From NCBI GenBank assembly GCA_038248205.1, contig JBBRUC010000005.1, positions 1-63,841 of the forward strand: a DNA stretch of 63,841 bases, read 5' to 3'. Below are positions 61,045-63,841 of this stretch, one piece after another. The stretch comes from Thermoanaerobaculia bacterium. GTDB lineage: Bacteria > Acidobacteriota > Thermoanaerobaculia > Multivoradales > UBA5704. How positions within the stretch are numbered: the first letter of the stretch is position 1; each line of letters opens with the position of its first letter. The position numbers and the translations under genes were made by a program. The notes below the pieces were generated by a model that did no database searches, was not told the origin of the DNA, and saw nothing but the letters and a program-made list of their open reading frames with translations.

Positions 61045-61455
61045 TCAAAATGCTCTGGCGGCTAATTCGCCAGTCTGCTTCTGAACCTCCGCCCCCTGAA
61101 TCGCCTTCTGCCGCCCCTCAAACCCCGCGTCGCTCAGTATCGACAGCTCCCGAGCCGCCACCAGTGCCGCCTCGGCTTTGCCTCGGTCCAGTTCGTCCAA
61201 CCGTTTGTCCTGCTCCGTCAGCAGGGTCAGCTTGTCCCCCACCATCTGGGCGAAGCCTCCGTCGACGTAAAGGGTTTGCTTGCCCTCGGGGAATTCGACT
61301 TTGAGGTTTCCAATCCCCATTTCGAAGAGGAAGGGGGCGCGCTGGGGGAGGACTCCGACTTCGCCGTCCCAGGCGGGGAAGCCGACGGCGGTCGCCTCGG
61401 TTTCGAGGACCGCTCGCTCGGGGGTGATGACGCTTAGGTGGAACGTTCCGGCCAT
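61045..61455 (-). CDS. atpC: F-type ATP synthase epsilon subunit, copy A
   Basis: MAGTFHLSVITPERAVLETEATAVGFPAWDGEVGVLPQRAPFLFEMGIGNLKVE... is a canonical AtpC. A 1-nt indel relative to copy B changes the last residues (QTGELAARAF versus QLAN). Confidence 0.8.
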   Translation of the reverse strand: MAGTFHLSVITPERAVLETEATAVGFPAWDGEVGVLPQRAPFLFEMGIGNLKVEFPEGKQTLYVDGGFAQMVGDKLTLLTEQDKRLDELDRGKAEAALVAARELSILSDAGFEGRQKAIQGAEVQKQTGELAARAF

Positions 61456-61479
61456 GGTATTAGCTCCGAGGCCGTGCCT

Positions 61480-62111
<632 letters not shown>

Positions 62112-62139
62112 CGCGAAAGATCTCCTGCGGACTCCAGCC

Positions 62140-62403
62140 TTAAGATGCCCGACGCAGGCGTTCGAGGAGCCAGAGGTTCACCAGGGTCTCCGGTAGGATG
62201 CCTTGCCGCTGAGCCTGCATCTCTACTTGCGAGTAGATGTCGGGCGCAAGAGTCACTCGCCGTCGGCGTTCAGCCCGCACTTCCAGGTTCACTTCACGGG
62301 TCTCGTTCCAGTGGTCGGCAAGACTGTGGGTGTCCCAGTAATCACCGACCTCCGCGACCGTGATCGCGTCTGAAAGGATCTCTTCAGGCTGAAAGGGGGG
62401 CAC
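62140..62403 (-). CDS. BrnA/CopG-like antitoxin-family protein
   Basis: GTG at 62403. VGDYWDTHSLADHWNETREVNLEV...VTLAPDIYSQVEMQAQRQGILPETLVNLWLLERL matches the BrnA-type pattern. No BrnT-like partner was seen. Confidence 0.6.
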   Translation of the reverse strand: MPPFQPEEILSDAITVAEVGDYWDTHSLADHWNETREVNLEVRAERRRRVTLAPDIYSQVEMQAQRQGILPETLVNLWLLERLRRAS

Positions 62404-62408
62404 GGATG

Positions 62409-62744
62409 CTAGGCAACCCGCCGGGCACGGTGAGCCCGTTCCTGGAAGGCGACCATTTCCACGAGGTGAGCGAGACGTTGCTTGGGGGTCATACGGAGAC
62501 GCTGGACGATCTGGCTGCGGTCTGGGTCGGCGACATCTTCCCGTATCGCGTAGAGGAGGCAAGCTGTGACGTCATCCGCTTCCAGACCAGGATATGTTCG
62601 GGGGATCTCCTCTTCCCTCCGATCTGCCGCCAGGAGCGCGAGGACATCGGCCACTCTGACCTTCATCCCGCGAATGCACGGCTGGCCACCACATTGGTCT
62701 GGGTTGATCGTGATCCGATCGAGCAAGTCGGCGGTCGGCGTCAT
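62409..62744 (-). CDS. DUF433-domain protein (antitoxin-like) with C-terminal extension
   Basis: Start MTPTADLL (ATG 62744). ITINPDQCGGQPCIRGMKVRVADVLALLAADRREEEIPRTYPGLEADDVTACLLYA is the DUF433 signature. Confidence 0.7.
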   Translation of the reverse strand: MTPTADLLDRITINPDQCGGQPCIRGMKVRVADVLALLAADRREEEIPRTYPGLEADDVTACLLYAIREDVADPDRSQIVQRLRMTPKQRLAHLVEMVAFQERAHRARRVA

Positions 62745-62820
62745 GGCGGCGTCCCTCTTTTCTCGCAAAGATCCCTGCGGGCTCCGGCCTTCCTGGAGAG
62801 GAGCGCTCAACGGACCGCCC

Positions 62821-63033
62821 CTATGTCGAATTGCCGGGATCAACCCAGCCGGCAGAGCGAGGGCGCGTGACCACCGGATGACCTGAGGACGCCTGCCTCT
62901 CGCGCAGCCGGCGACAGAACTCGAAGATGTCGTTCCCCGCAGCGGCAAACAACGCCTGCCGAGCCTGCCTGACCTCTTCGACGATCGGATCGCGCCACCT
63001 TTCCTCATCGCGTGGTTCGTCGTTCATCTTCAT
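62821..63033 (-). CDS. small antitoxin-like protein downstream of and overlapping the PIN gene
   Basis: The 70-aa protein contains DPIVEEVRQARQALFAAAGNDIFEFCRRLRERQASSGHPVV, a pattern commonly seen next to PIN genes. It overlaps the PIN stop by 29 nt. Confidence 0.55.
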   Translation of the reverse strand: MKMNDEPRDEERWRDPIVEEVRQARQALFAAAGNDIFEFCRRLRERQASSGHPVVTRPRSAGWVDPGNST

Positions 63034-63502
63034 CTCCCATGAGCTCGTCCGGCGTACATAGGATCGGAGCGGGATAACCCTGTTCCTGGCACACTTGCTC
63101 GATTCGTGGACGTAGTTCCGCGTTCGCGATGTGCGTACAATTCCACGTCAGCAGAAAGTCGATCCCATGGTACGCCGTAAGGGCGATATGCGAAGCGTCC
63201 GCGTTGGCCCGTGGCGGAAGTCGCAACCGCTCGACCAGGATAGCAGCCAGCTCGGCAACGGGGGGCGTAAAATCCAAAAAGGGAAGCCCTGACAAGAAAT
63301 TCACTCTTCGTTGTGCCGCCTCGGCATCACCTTCGAGGATCTCATCGAGCTCGACTTGGGAGACGTAGAGGTCCAGCTCGCGGCGTCGCCACTGCCACCA
63401 CGCATGTGTGATCTGTTGTCGAGCCGCCACGATCAGGTCCCGGGGCGGCCGGGCAGCGAGGTAGCTGATAACGCTGGTCTCGACATACACCGTGCGCCGC
63501 AT
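63005..63502 (-). CDS. PIN-domain protein (VapC-like toxin)
   Basis: VYVETSVISYL (first acidic residue), EILEGDAE, DASHIALTAYHGIDFLLTWNCTHIAN; PIN-like acidic residue spacing. Confidence 0.7.
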   Translation of the reverse strand: MRRTVYVETSVISYLAARPPRDLIVAARQQITHAWWQWRRRELDLYVSQVELDEILEGDAEAAQRRVNFLSGLPFLDFTPPVAELAAILVERLRLPPRANADASHIALTAYHGIDFLLTWNCTHIANAELRPRIEQVCQEQGYPAPILCTPDELMGDEDERRTTR

Positions 63503-63590
63503 TCGGCCATGCTACCCTACAGCCGAGGTGGTCCTCGCCGCCCTCGGGACTTGAAACGGGCCGGCCAGCCGAAAATTGGCGAGGGCGCGC

Positions 63591-63627
63591 AACAAAAACG
63601 CGCCGAACCCCGAAAGGCCGGCGCGTT
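63591..63627 (-). terminator. rho-independent terminator of the atp operon
   Basis: On the minus strand, AACGCGCCG-13 nt loop-CGGCGCGTT is followed by TTTTTGTT, 37 nt after the atpC copy B stop. Confidence 0.75.
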
Positions 63628-63663
63628 GGGTGACTTCTGAGCGGCTTCGCGCGGCGGCAGCCG

Positions 63664-63841
63664 CTAATTCGCCAGCTGCTTCTGCACCTCCGCCCGGGCA
63701 ATCGCCTTCTGCCGTCCCTCAAACTCCGCATCCGTCAGCATCGGCAGCTCCCGGGCCGCCGCCAGCGCCGCCTCGGCTTTGCCGCGGTCCAGCTCGTCCA
63801 AGCGCTTCGCGCCTTCAGTCAGCAGCGTCAGCTTGTCCCCC
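63664..63841 (-). CDS. atpC: F-type ATP synthase epsilon subunit, copy B; C-terminal 58 codons (gene continues beyond window end)
   Basis: The minus-strand reading is GDKLTLLTEGAKRLDELDRGKAEAALAAARELPMLTDAEFEGRQKAIARAEVQKQLAN*. It is followed by a terminator and is about 84% nucleotide-identical to copy A by hand alignment. Confidence 0.8.
   Translation of the reverse strand, partial: GDKLTLLTEGAKRLDELDRGKAEAALAAARELPMLTDAEFEGRQKAIARAEVQKQLAN

Noticed and set aside
61045-61455. atpC copy A as the functional epsilon subunit of the main ATP synthase.
   Set aside because: Its upstream atpD is truncated to about 150 codons with no start. The copy with a proper terminator and presumably intact upstream operon is copy B at the window edge. 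Copy A may still be expressed, but it is more likely a displaced remnant.

Overview
High-GC bacterial chromosomal segment from a diderm organism (FadL-type and OmpA-type proteins, lipoproteins), densely coded on both strands. Hand-counted samples run above 70% G+C in most genes. The ORF track also contains many Arg/Pro/Gly-rich antisense shadow ORFs, which I ignored. Positions 1-33 kb are mostly housekeeping or metabolic: queD, an atypical FabF-like ketosynthase, a FadL-like porin, trmL, and a long minus-strand operon (TPR lipoprotein, hyuA, S46 peptidase, hyuB, GNAT). This half also holds a HerA-like ATPase, an HTTM protein, a BNR-repeat protein, trmO, an ECF sigma plus Ser/Thr kinase pair, and a secreted Cys-rich protein next to an M35 peptidase. 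One lower-GC AAA15 ATPase + DUF4276 pair is embedded here. Positions 33.4-63.6 kb read as a defence/addiction island. In order it contains: (1) a RecQ helicase fused to a ComF-like PRTase domain, overlapping a DprA paralog; (2) a complete Wadjet jetABCD operon (the TIGR02677-02680 type, type II as I recall the classification); (3) a roughly 7-kb graveyard of type II toxin-antitoxin modules (vapBC, several hicAB/hicB, mazEF-like) with two inactivated toxins, two decayed transposase-like remnants and a 16 x 21-bp tandem repeat; (4) a lower-GC six-gene operon at 53.3-61.0 kb encoding a CHAT protease, a MotA-like channel, a MotB/OmpA-like anchor, two unknown proteins and a P-loop-like NTPase. That operon is my best candidate for an undescribed, Zorya-like membrane-stator-coupled immune system. 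The island ends at a duplicated atpC plus truncated atpD fragment, which brackets another small TA cassette next to the real atp operon terminator. No rRNA, tRNA or CRISPR array was found.
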